DNA of 64,000 bases from Akkermansiaceae bacterium. GTDB taxonomy: Bacteria > Verrucomicrobiota > Verrucomicrobiia > Verrucomicrobiales > Akkermansiaceae. Of this stretch, positions 39,352 to 48,387 are shown in pieces (position 1 is the stretch's first letter; every line of letters begins with the position of its first letter). Location: assembly GCA_051251915.1 (NCBI GenBank), contig JBPOGF010000002.1, positions 215,663-279,662 on the forward strand, in the 5' to 3' direction. Below the pieces are notes generated by a model. The model was not told where the DNA came from and did not search any database. It saw only the letters and a list, made by a program, of their open reading frames with translations. Made by a program: the position numbers and the translations under genes.

Positions 39352-39791
39352 CTTCTCATCGGAGCGATAGCGGAGCATGAGAGTTATCGGTTGTTGAACT
39401 GGGCCAAGGTCGAGTGGCTCTGGGTGGTCATTACTTATGCGGTTTTGATTCCGTGTTCTGCCTTAGTGGGGTGTTGCGCCAGTGAGTGTTCTTAGTGGCG
39501 TTTAATGTCATGCGAAGGAGCCGATTGCCGAACTGCAGGGCTGTTCGGTAATTAAATCGAGGGTTAATAGGATGGGGTATGTCTAATGATGGTAATGTGG
39601 CTTTCATCGTGGCGGATGGGGCAAAACATTTAGCCTCTTACGAAGTGATGCAATGGCAAGCACTACAGCTACAAACTGAAATGAGCCTTGCCACCCAGTA
39701 AGTCACCAGAGTATCTTATACAAGAAGTCCAAATACATGAAACATAAGAACACATCAGAAGCTGAGCAACTGGACTGCGCTTTCACCAAAG

Positions 39792-39864
39792 GAGCCTTAT
39801 GCGGGAAAACCGCACGTAGGGATCAGCGAGGAGGACGTCAGGCAACTGACGTTAATACCTTAAT
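39792..39864 (+). mobile_element. Group II intron 3' remnant (domains V and VI); no RT ORF
   Basis: DV: GAGCCTTATGCGG-GAAAA-CCGCACGTAGGGATC with the AGC triad and 2-nt bulge. DVI: GAGG..GACGTCAG-GCAA-CTGACGTT..T-A(bulge)-CCTT, ending AAT. Confidence 0.88.
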
Positions 39865-39876
39865 ATCCTAAAAAAT

Positions 39877-40365
39877 ATGGCTCATCTACGTTATCTCATA
39901 ACCCTGTTTCTTATCTTTTTTTCAATGGTTTTCCTTACTAGTTGCAGTAAGAGTAATGAAAAACCAGTCACTTGTAGTTTGTCTATCACAGGGACGACTC
40001 AAGGGGCTTTGATGGATATTACTGGTGCTACCATCCTTTTCGAGGATTTAAGTTTTAATGGTAGCTATAATGATGAAATCACTCTTTTTGATCCAGATAC
40101 AGATGGAGCTGATGATCCATACGGTCTCCGTCAATCGGTATCTGGGCGGAGTATGCCTAAGAAAGCTGGACGCCCAAAAATAGGAGTGTCTTTTTGGTCG
40201 AGAGATCAGCGATGTGAGATTAAATTTGGTAAACACGAAATTAACATCACTAACCAAGGCAAGAATATTACTATAGATCAATATAAGTTTGATCTTGATC
40301 CAAGCCTAAAATCTAAATTCACGGTTAGTATAGTTGACGGTAAGACCTTTGTAGCGCAAAACTAA
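39877..40365 (+). CDS. Hypothetical lipoprotein, gene-cassette-like
   Basis: LTSC lipobox; AT-rich and unskewed; GGATAAC inverse core 10 bp after the stop. Confidence 0.75.
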   Translation: MAHLRYLITLFLIFFSMVFLTSCSKSNEKPVTCSLSITGTTQGALMDITGATILFEDLSFNGSYNDEITLFDPDTDGADDPYGLRQSVSGRSMPKKAGRPKIGVSFWSRDQRCEIKFGKHEINITNQGKNITIDQYKFDLDPSLKSKFTVSIVDGKTFVAQN

Positions 40366-40549
40366 AACAGAAAACGGATAACAATATACTGCGGTGAAGC
40401 GTCAATGATGAATTAGGTTATTTTTGCTTTTAGTTGTAAAGATTTGGGTTGTTTGAAAATCCTCTTTTTTCTGGGTTATAGGGCTCTTCAGAGTTGAGCT
40501 AGTGATTTTGATTTTCTATTTGGGTGAGATTTTGTTAGGTTGTAGGGGT

Positions 40550-41593
40550 ATGAAATTGATTGATTGCGATGTGCATAATGTGCCGGTGAAAATGAGTGAG
40601 ATTAGTGAGCGGTTACCGGCTTATTTTAGACAGCGTGGGGTGCATATGCCGGGGTCGTTTGGGATAAAGAATCCGATGGGGGTGTTGCGGGTGGATGCTG
40701 AGGGGCCGAATGGTGAGCCGGCGGGGTCGGTGCCGAGTGTGATGAAGCGGCAGTTGCTGGATGAGTATGGGATGGATTATGCGGTGTTGATAGGGGCGAA
40801 GTTTCTGGGGGTGGGGGTGCATCCTGAGGTGGATTTTGCGCTGGCTATCATGCGGGCGTATAATGACTGGCAGAGTGAGGTGTGGCTGGCGGATGATAAG
40901 AGGTTTCTGGGGAGTATAGTGGTGAGTCAGATGGATCCGGTGGCTTCTGCGGCGGAGATACGGAGAGTGGGTGGGGAGAAGCAGGTGGCGCAGGTGGTGA
41001 TGACGAGTGCTACGCGGGTGCCGCTGGGGGACAGGTATTATTGGCCAATTTATGAGGCGGCGCAGGAGATGGGGTTGCCTGTGGCGCTGCATCCTGGGAG
41101 TGAGTGCACGGGGGTGAGCGAGTGTTTTTCTGCGGGGTATCCAGCGAGTTATCTGGAGTGGCATACGAATTTGAGTCAGAATTTCATGGCGCAATTGACG
41201 AGTATTGTTTGTCGTGGGGTGTTGAATGAGTATCAGGATTTGAGGTTTGTGTTTGTTGAGGGTGGATTTGGCTGGCTGCCGAGTTTGCTGTGGCGGCTGG
41301 ATAAGAACTGGAAGGCGCTGCGGAATAGTGTGCCGTGGTTGCGCAGGGCGCCGAGTGAGTATGTGATGGAGCGGTGTAGGTTTACTACGCAGCCGGTGGA
41401 GGAGCCATTTGAGCGGGGGGAGCTGGAACAGATCATGCGGATGATGCAGGGGGAGAGGACGTTGATGTTTAGTAGTGATTATCCGCATTGGGATAATGAT
41501 AGTCCGTTTCGGGCGTTTCCTAAGTTGCCGGAGGATCTGAAGGAGGGGATAATGTGGAAGAATGCGGCGGAGTTGTATGGACTAACAGATTGA
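40550..41593 (+). CDS. Amidohydrolase_2-fold metalloprotein (candidate dinuclear oxygenase)
   Basis: IDCDVH, AYNDW, ALHPG, FVEGG and FSSDYPHWDND motifs; start moved to ATG 40550. Confidence 0.88.
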   Translation: MKLIDCDVHNVPVKMSEISERLPAYFRQRGVHMPGSFGIKNPMGVLRVDAEGPNGEPAGSVPSVMKRQLLDEYGMDYAVLIGAKFLGVGVHPEVDFALAIMRAYNDWQSEVWLADDKRFLGSIVVSQMDPVASAAEIRRVGGEKQVAQVVMTSATRVPLGDRYYWPIYEAAQEMGLPVALHPGSECTGVSECFSAGYPASYLEWHTNLSQNFMAQLTSIVCRGVLNEYQDLRFVFVEGGFGWLPSLLWRLDKNWKALRNSVPWLRRAPSEYVMERCRFTTQPVEEPFERGELEQIMRMMQGERTLMFSSDYPHWDNDSPFRAFPKLPEDLKEGIMWKNAAELYGLTD

Positions 41594-41594
41594 G

Positions 41595-42065
41595 ATGTTG
41601 AGGGAGAATACTAAGTTGGTGAGGGGAGGATCTTTGGTGGGGCATATTATTTGTATTTCTATTTGGTTCGCGATAGGGGTCTTTTTTGCGAGGTTGGTTG
41701 TGTTGGAGTTATTGAATCCTGGACTTCATTGGGGGTTGTCGACGTTTTTGGTAGTGTGGACGTTATTATGGATATTTGGTGGTTTGTATGGAATGAGGGA
41801 TTCTTGGAAAAAGGAGCAGGTTAGACTGGCGTATAGGCGTGCTTATCATAGTCCGGTAAGGCTTGAGTTGCGCGATGATTTATCTGATTTGAGGTATGTG
41901 AGGGGGCAGAGATGGATTTCAGCTATTGGTGTCGTTATTTTTTTATTTGTGTGGTGGAAGAGTGGGGAGTTTCATCCATGGGTGGTGTTGTGTGCTCTGT
42001 TATTTGTTTATAATTGGTTGAGGTGTCGTTTTTTGGTGAAGAAGTTAGAAAGGAAAAAACTATGA
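41595..42065 (+). CDS. Hypothetical membrane protein (about 4 TM)
   Basis: Four hydrophobic segments; starts 1 bp after the upstream stop and overlaps the downstream start (ATGA). Confidence 0.65.
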   Translation: MLRENTKLVRGGSLVGHIICISIWFAIGVFFARLVVLELLNPGLHWGLSTFLVVWTLLWIFGGLYGMRDSWKKEQVRLAYRRAYHSPVRLELRDDLSDLRYVRGQRWISAIGVVIFLFVWWKSGEFHPWVVLCALLFVYNWLRCRFLVKKLERKKL

Positions 42066-42472
42066 GAGAGAAGCAGGGTTATGTGGTTTGTAAGGTGGCG
42101 GATTTGCCGGTGGGTGAGAGGTTGATCACTGAGGTCGTTGGTAGGAGTGTGGGTGTGTTTAATGTGGGTGGGGAGTTTTATGCGCTGAGGAATATGTGTC
42201 CGCATGAGGGGGCTGAGCTTTGTAAGGGGACGATCACGGGGATGAATCTGCCGGGGAAGGTGGGGGAGTATAATTGGGTGAGGGATGGGGAGATCATCCG
42301 TTGTCCGTGGCATGCGTGGGAGTTTGATATTAAGACTGGGGAGAGTATTTTTAATCCGCATAAGGTTAGGGTGAAGGCTTATGAGGCGTGTGCGGTGCAT
42401 ACTGGTGAGGAGGGGGTGGAGAGTTATTCTGTGGAGGTGAATGCTGAGGAGATGGTGGTGGTTTATTTATGA
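42062..42472 (+). CDS. Rieske [2Fe-2S] ferredoxin
   Basis: CPHEG...CPWH ligand motifs; start at ATG 42062. Confidence 0.93.
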   Translation: MREKQGYVVCKVADLPVGERLITEVVGRSVGVFNVGGEFYALRNMCPHEGAELCKGTITGMNLPGKVGEYNWVRDGEIIRCPWHAWEFDIKTGESIFNPHKVRVKAYEACAVHTGEEGVESYSVEVNAEEMVVVYL

Positions 42473-42539
42473 TTATATTTACAAGCCTTTTACACTAGGG
42501 GTATTGACTATAGGTCCATGAGGTAACTAGAATGTTGGC

Positions 42540-44096
42540 ATGAAAACGATCAACATTTTTTCTCTGTTTGTGTATCTTGCTTTTTCTCTAACAGTTTTTG
42601 CTGATGAAAATGCGATCGATGATGAGCTTAAGAAATTTAATGAAGCGGCGATTCATTCTGAGGCTGAGAATGCTGTTGATAAAACAAGCATAGATAACCA
42701 GAAGAAATCATTAATTAATATTCAGTCTAGCATTGCAAATAAACAGTACTCGCAGGCTCTTAATTTAATCCAGAATCATATACAGCTTAATCCCGGATCA
42801 TTACGCAATGCTTCTGAGTTATCTAGAGTGTTGCTAGCTGAGCTGGCTAAGCAGGCGGAGTTAGAGGTGGAGCGCAAGACTAAATTTCTTAAAGAATTCT
42901 CCGAGGCGTTGATTAGAGCCAAGAGCATTGAGGAAATTGACCCATGGTTGATCAAGTTAAATAAGGAGATTCAGCGTGATAGGAAACATAATCTTTATGT
43001 TCAACCTGTATGGAATCCTACGACGAATTTCATTCCGAATAGTCGAGGTTATAAAGAATTTTGGACTACTAATTCATCTTATCAGAGAAGCATACGTTTA
43101 CCTAGCCAGCTACGTGATGAAATACAGACGGCTTTGCGCATTGCTACCTCGTGGCAAGATTATTTGCATGCATTGGAGCTTGGTGACAAGAGGAGTGCAA
43201 GGAATCACATCAATAATGTGGCAAATTTCTCAGCTACATTTGTGTATATTCCTAGGTCTAAGATTTTAAGGTTGTCTGGGGATTTAATGCCTAAAGAAGA
43301 AATCGATCAGAATACGACGACTAATATGGAGATAAAAGATGTGCAACACAGGCTAAATACTGTATCTGAGGCAATTATTTTATACCATGAACTTAATTCT
43401 CAATCTAGCTCAAGGATGAGTTCAGAGGTTAGACATTTGCAGGATGAACTTAGAGGTCTAAAAGAAGCTCTCGACTATATTCATCGTAACAATATTAAAT
43501 ATGGTTTAGAGAGGATACAGGCTCTGAGGTCTAGTCATTATTTATCAGGTTTAGCGAGCAGTATTTTAACAGATTATGTGAAGTCTGCTCTTCAGTTACC
43601 TAAGGATTTTGTCATCAAGGAAGATGATGAAGATCAAGTCTGGATAGGGGATTATCTCAACAAACTGGCTAAAGAGAAGAAGTGGTCTGAGCTTTATCGG
43701 GCCATAACGATAACTTCATCTATAGTTAAGCAGAGTATAAAAAGTGATGCAAATCCACATAAGCAAGATGCAGAGGCTCTCATGATGTTGATGGCTGCTG
43801 AGAATTATCAAAAGGCTGAGTTGTATCACCGTGCGGCGGTGGCTTACCGACAAATCTTAGGTGAGGCAGTTGGTATTCAGGCTATTAATGATGAGGCTAC
43901 TTTTCAGCTTAAAAAAATAAGAAAAGAGCAGCCTAAGAGTTATCTGATCTCACTTGATATGTATGGTCATGATACGAATAACCTCACGAAGAGCAGGGAA
44001 GGGTATTTGAAAAAGCTGATCGATTTAGAAATCCGTAAGGTGGCTGAGGAGATTCAGAAGGGGAAGAAAGAGGAGGTCGAGGGGGAGGCGGAGTAA
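42540..44096 (+). CDS. Secreted helical hypothetical protein
   Basis: 518 aa; signal peptide ending VFA; AT-rich; no motif recognised. Confidence 0.78.
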   Translation: MKTINIFSLFVYLAFSLTVFADENAIDDELKKFNEAAIHSEAENAVDKTSIDNQKKSLINIQSSIANKQYSQALNLIQNHIQLNPGSLRNASELSRVLLAELAKQAELEVERKTKFLKEFSEALIRAKSIEEIDPWLIKLNKEIQRDRKHNLYVQPVWNPTTNFIPNSRGYKEFWTTNSSYQRSIRLPSQLRDEIQTALRIATSWQDYLHALELGDKRSARNHINNVANFSATFVYIPRSKILRLSGDLMPKEEIDQNTTTNMEIKDVQHRLNTVSEAIILYHELNSQSSSRMSSEVRHLQDELRGLKEALDYIHRNNIKYGLERIQALRSSHYLSGLASSILTDYVKSALQLPKDFVIKEDDEDQVWIGDYLNKLAKEKKWSELYRAITITSSIVKQSIKSDANPHKQDAEALMMLMAAENYQKAELYHRAAVAYRQILGEAVGIQAINDEATFQLKKIRKEQPKSYLISLDMYGHDTNNLTKSREGYLKKLIDLEIRKVAEEIQKGKKEEVEGEAE

Positions 44097-44127
44097 TCAT
44101 TTTGGGAGGGTTAGATGAATGACCTTT

Positions 44128-45441
44128 TTAGTTGTCTAGCAGGGCGAACTTGAGGTCGCCTGATGAGACTACTTCTCCGTTTACTAGGCAGCGGCATGTT
44201 GCGAAGCCGATGTTGCGGCGGATCTTGAGGATTTCAGCCTCGATGAAGAGGGTGTCTCCTGGGAGGACTGGGCGGCGCCATTTGACGTTGTCCGCGCTCA
44301 TGAAGTAACCGATTTTGCCTTGGTTCTCTGGTTTGCGAAGCATGAGGATGGAGGCTACTTGGGCCATGGCTTCTACTTGGAGGACACCTGGCATGATCGG
44401 GTGATCTGGGAAGTGTCCGGGGAAGAATGGCTCGTTCATGGTGACGTTTTTGATGCCGGTGCATTTGCTGTCGCCTTCGAAGTCTACCACGCGGTCTACC
44501 ATGAGGAATGGGTAGCGGTGGGGGAGGATTTTTGAGATGTCGTTGATGTCGAGTACTGCTTCACCTTTAGGGATGGTGAGTGGTGGGACCATGGAGCGCA
44601 TGCGGGTGTATTCTGTTTTGAGAATATTTGCCATCTGGGTGTTTGGTCCGTGTCCTGGGCGGACGCAGATGACGTGTCCGGTGATGCGTTTTCCGCCGAG
44701 CATGAGGTCGCCGATGAGGTCTAGTGTCTTGTGGCGTGCGAATTCGTTGTCAAAGCGCATTGGCTCTTTGCTCATGATTTCTTCGCCGCGGATGACGACG
44801 GCGTTTTCGATGGAACCGCCTTTGATGAGGCCTTTATCGAGGAGGGGTTTGACGTCCTCGTAGTAGACGAATGTTCTGGCTGGGGCGATTTCCTTTTCGT
44901 AGATTTCAGGGGTGACTACGGTGGAGAAGAACTGGGTGAATCTGCCATCTGGGCCGATGTTTGTGAGTGAGATGCGGAAGTCTTTGTCTGGGACGATGGT
45001 GATGGTGGAGCCTTTTTTGTTGTCAAAGTGGATTGGCTCACGGATTTCCCAAACTTTGGCAGGTTGGTCTTGCTCTGTGCGGCCTACGCTTTTGATGAGA
45101 GCGACGTATGGCGCGGATGAGCCGTCGCCGATGGGAGGCTCGTTGGCATCCATTTCGATGAGTGCATTGTCGATTCCCATGCCTGTGAGTGCGGAGAGGA
45201 TGTGCTCGACGGTGTGAACTTTCACTGAGCCTTCAGCGAGTGTGGTGGCGCGCTCTACGGTCTGAACTTTGCTGACGTCGGCATCGATGAATGGTTGGTC
45301 TGGGAGGTCAACTCTGCGGAACTTAAATCCGTGGTCAGCGGGGGCTGGTTTGATGGTGAGTGTGACTTTTTGTCCAGTGTGTAACGATGTTCCCTCTAGT
45401 GAGGCGGAGGCAGCTATTGTGTGTTGCATTTCAGTAGGCAT
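44128..45441 (-). CDS. lpxC-fabZ: Bifunctional UDP-3-O-acyl-GlcNAc deacetylase / 3-hydroxyacyl-ACP dehydratase (LpxC-FabZ fusion)
   Basis: TVEHILSAL and RHKTLDLIGD (LpxC), then LPHRYPFLMVD and GHFP..PIMPGVLQVEAMAQ (FabZ). Confidence 0.97.
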   Translation of the reverse strand: MPTEMQHTIAASASLEGTSLHTGQKVTLTIKPAPADHGFKFRRVDLPDQPFIDADVSKVQTVERATTLAEGSVKVHTVEHILSALTGMGIDNALIEMDANEPPIGDGSSAPYVALIKSVGRTEQDQPAKVWEIREPIHFDNKKGSTITIVPDKDFRISLTNIGPDGRFTQFFSTVVTPEIYEKEIAPARTFVYYEDVKPLLDKGLIKGGSIENAVVIRGEEIMSKEPMRFDNEFARHKTLDLIGDLMLGGKRITGHVICVRPGHGPNTQMANILKTEYTRMRSMVPPLTIPKGEAVLDINDISKILPHRYPFLMVDRVVDFEGDSKCTGIKNVTMNEPFFPGHFPDHPIMPGVLQVEAMAQVASILMLRKPENQGKIGYFMSADNVKWRRPVLPGDTLFIEAEILKIRRNIGFATCRCLVNGEVVSSGDLKFALLDN

Positions 45442-45547
45442 GGCTAAGTGAAATGTGAAATGATGGACTTTGCAAGTTTATAAAGAACTGTATAGGAGGG
45501 TGAAATTAGGGGTTTATTATTGAGTATAGATGATGCATGTTTGGTGC

Positions 45548-46396
45548 ATGACTGAACATGTAGAAAAATTGATAGATCTGGCACTTACTGAAGATATTGG
45601 CAGTGGGGATGTGACTTCTGAGTATTTCGTGCCGCAGGATGCACAGGCACGAGCTCTTATGCTGGTGAAGGCTGAGGGTGTGGTGGCTGGTTTGGAGGTA
45701 GCTCAGCGGGTGTTTCAGAAGGTGGATGAGTCTATAGAGACTAACATCCTGATTGCTGATGGTAGTAAGGTGGTGAAGGGGGCTTATGTGATGGAGATAA
45801 AGGGGCCTGCTAGATCGATACTCACTGGGGAGCGGGTTGCGCTGAATTTTATGCAGAGGTTGTCAGGAGTGGCTACTAAGACGGCGATGTTTGTGGAGCT
45901 GACTAAGGGGACTATTGCAAATGTTCTGGATACTAGGAAGACGACACCGGGTTGGCGAGAGCTGGAGAAGTATGCGGTGACTCAGGGGGGCGGGGTGAAC
46001 CACAGGATGGGGCTTTATGACCGGGCTATGGTGAAGGATAATCATTTAGTGGCTGAGCATGATATTGATGATATTCAGGCTGCTATTGTGAGACTGAAGC
46101 GAGAGAAGCCACAGGTGGAGGTGGAGCTGGAGGCGGATAGGCTAGATCAGGTAGAGGCGTTTTTGAAGCTGGATGGGGTGGATCACATTTTGCTCGATAA
46201 TATGACGAATGAGCAGATGCGTGAGGCTGTGGCGATGCGTGGTGATGCTGAGTATCCTAAGTTGGAAGCGAGTGGAGGAGTGAATGAAAATACGATCTAT
46301 GAAATAGCTCGCACAGGTGTGGACTTTATTTCGGTGGGGGCGCTAACGCATAGTGCAGTTGCGTTGGATATTTCGTTGGATTTTGTGGAATTGTGA
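45548..46396 (+). CDS. nadC: Nicotinate-nucleotide pyrophosphorylase (carboxylating)
   Basis: DTRKTTPG, NHRMGL, KDNH, LLDNM, EASGG and SVGALTHS motifs. Confidence 0.97.
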   Translation: MTEHVEKLIDLALTEDIGSGDVTSEYFVPQDAQARALMLVKAEGVVAGLEVAQRVFQKVDESIETNILIADGSKVVKGAYVMEIKGPARSILTGERVALNFMQRLSGVATKTAMFVELTKGTIANVLDTRKTTPGWRELEKYAVTQGGGVNHRMGLYDRAMVKDNHLVAEHDIDDIQAAIVRLKREKPQVEVELEADRLDQVEAFLKLDGVDHILLDNMTNEQMREAVAMRGDAEYPKLEASGGVNENTIYEIARTGVDFISVGALTHSAVALDISLDFVEL

Positions 46397-46593
46397 TAGG
46401 ACTTACTGTTTATTTTTTAAAGGGTTAGACTTGGTGTGTGTGGTTTTTTTAAAACTATGTTTTGGGTCGGTTGACAGTTAGTTGTGCTGGGTTGGTGGCG
46501 ATTTGTTTATTCTGAGTGCTTTGTGGATTTAGGGGTATAAATTCCTTCAGGTCGCTTAACTAAATGGTCGGTCAAGTATTAATATTTTTATGC

Positions 46594-46614
46594 TGTGGAA
46601 CAGCTTGTGGAAAG
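46594..46614. promoter_or_regulatory. Two DnaA-box-like sites upstream of dnaA
   Basis: TGTGGAACA (46594) and TGTGGAAAG (46606), each one mismatch from TGTGNAWAA, next to an AT-rich patch. Confidence 0.5.
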
Positions 46615-46775
46615 GGAGACGGGAGACTCTAATTTATTTCTGAAGCAAAATGTTTTGTCTAACTTTTATGGTTCAGTGTAACACTATTAGTCGCTTCACG
46701 AGGCCTCTCCGTCGGGGTCAGAAAGAGCGAAATCCTAACTAACCGAACTTCATCACCCTTACACATATCACGACA

Positions 46776-48182
46776 ATGGAACCAAACCGTAGAGCAATCA
46801 CAAACGACACTGAGTATCATACTAGCAAGGCAAATGGAGGGGACGTGGTATGGAAAGCCGTTTCTGAAAAGCTTTCGAAGTTGGTCAGTAGTGATGCGTT
46901 TGGTCGATGGTTTTCTGGTGTTTCTGATGTCTTTTTGTCTGAGACTGAGTTGAAGATTTCAGTGCCGAATGACATCCATCAGGTTTGGATAGAAACTAAC
47001 TTTATGCCTGAGTTACAAAATGCAGTCTCTGAGGTATTAGATCCTATGGTGAAAGCCAGAGTAGTGGTGCATGGTGAAGTGGAGGAGGAAGATGAGATGG
47101 ATGACGATGGAGTGATCATCCCGATGCTGAGCAAGAAGTCTGAACAACGCATCAAAAATGTGGGGCTTAACCCTCAGTATAGTTTTGATAAATTTGTGGT
47201 GGGTCACAATAGTGAGTTTGCTCATGCGGCGTGTCAGGCTGTGGCGAATGGCTCTGGATTTTCCTACAATCCGCTTTTCTTACATGGTGGATCTGGACTA
47301 GGGAAAACGCATTTGATGCAGTCTATTGGTAATGAAATCCTGAGAAAGAACCCGGATGCTAAGGTTGCTTATTTGACGTCTGAGAAATTTACGAATGAGT
47401 TTATTGATGCGGTTAAGAAGGGAAATTTAGATAAGTTCCGTAAGAAGTATCGCAGAGCGGATGTTTTACTTATTGATGATATTCAATTTCTTGCGGGCAA
47501 GGAGAGGTCTCAGGAAGAGTTTTTCCATACGTTTAACACGTTGCTTGATTTGCAAAGTCAGATCATTTTGACTTGTGACCGTCCTGCGTGTGAGGTGAAG
47601 AAATTTGAGTCACGTATGGTGTCACGATTTGAGAGTGGTCTGACGGTGGAGCTACAAGTCCCGATGATGGAGACACGATTAGCGATTCTTAAGCGGAAGA
47701 TGGATGACTGGCACACTAAGCTGCCTGAGAACTTGGTGAGATTTCTTGCTGATAAGATTAAGTCGAACATCAGAAGGCTAGAGGGTGCGCTTGTGCGTGT
47801 GGCTACTTTTGCATCGCTTGGGGGTAAGGATTTGACGATCGAGAGGGTGGAGCATTTGTTGAAGGATATTCTCCGTGAAGAGGGCTCAAGAAAGGTCACG
47901 ATCGATAGTATTCAGAAGATGGTTTCTGAGCATTTTGATATAAATATTTCAGACATGACTAGCCGAAGAAGACCGGCGAATATTGCATTTGCTAGGCAAG
48001 TTGCGATGTTTCTCAGCCGTAAGCTTACGCAGTCTTCATTGATGGAAATTGGTGATGCGTTTGGCGGCAGAGATCACGGCACAGTGATCCATGCGGTGAA
48101 GAAAGTGGAGCAGCGTATTACGAAGGAAAGTTCGGTCAGAGATACGGTTGATTTACTGGATGCGATGCTTCAGAGATCCTAA
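46776..48182 (+). CDS. dnaA: Chromosomal replication initiator DnaA
   Basis: YNPLFLHGGSGLGKTHL, LLIDDIQFL, QEEFFHTFN and FGGRDHGTV motifs. Confidence 0.99.
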   Translation: MEPNRRAITNDTEYHTSKANGGDVVWKAVSEKLSKLVSSDAFGRWFSGVSDVFLSETELKISVPNDIHQVWIETNFMPELQNAVSEVLDPMVKARVVVHGEVEEEDEMDDDGVIIPMLSKKSEQRIKNVGLNPQYSFDKFVVGHNSEFAHAACQAVANGSGFSYNPLFLHGGSGLGKTHLMQSIGNEILRKNPDAKVAYLTSEKFTNEFIDAVKKGNLDKFRKKYRRADVLLIDDIQFLAGKERSQEEFFHTFNTLLDLQSQIILTCDRPACEVKKFESRMVSRFESGLTVELQVPMMETRLAILKRKMDDWHTKLPENLVRFLADKIKSNIRRLEGALVRVATFASLGGKDLTIERVEHLLKDILREEGSRKVTIDSIQKMVSEHFDINISDMTSRRRPANIAFARQVAMFLSRKLTQSSLMEIGDAFGGRDHGTVIHAVKKVEQRITKESSVRDTVDLLDAMLQRS

Positions 48183-48387
48183 TGAGATCTTGGTAAAATC
48201 GACGGAAATTTCACGTTAAGTCAGCCTCCGTATATTGTGCTCATTGTTCATCATGGCACAATATGTGGTGATCTGGCGATATTTCCCTAAAGAATGCTTG
48301 ATATAGTGTGGGGAAAGTTCAGTTTGTTTATAGCACAAAGCATTTTACGAGGGCGTAGAATGCACAACTTTACAAATTTAGACTGAA

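Noticed and set aside
39334..39461. Complete attC between GCAGAAC and GTTCTGC (128 bp)
   Set aside because: The outer heptamers are complementary, but the L boxes and interior do not pair; at most a decayed site
38445..44100. Prophage or genomic island integrated at tRNA-Val
   Set aside because: No integrase or phage genes, and I found no downstream direct repeat of the tRNA 3' end
44128..45441. LpxC-FabZ fusion as a novelty
   Set aside because: An established fusion in Bacteroidota and Verrucomicrobiota
48229..48268. Inverted repeat between dnaA and dnaN as an origin element
   Set aside because: A plain hairpin (ATATTGTGC...GCACAATAT) without good DnaA boxes or a U-tract; function cannot be assigned
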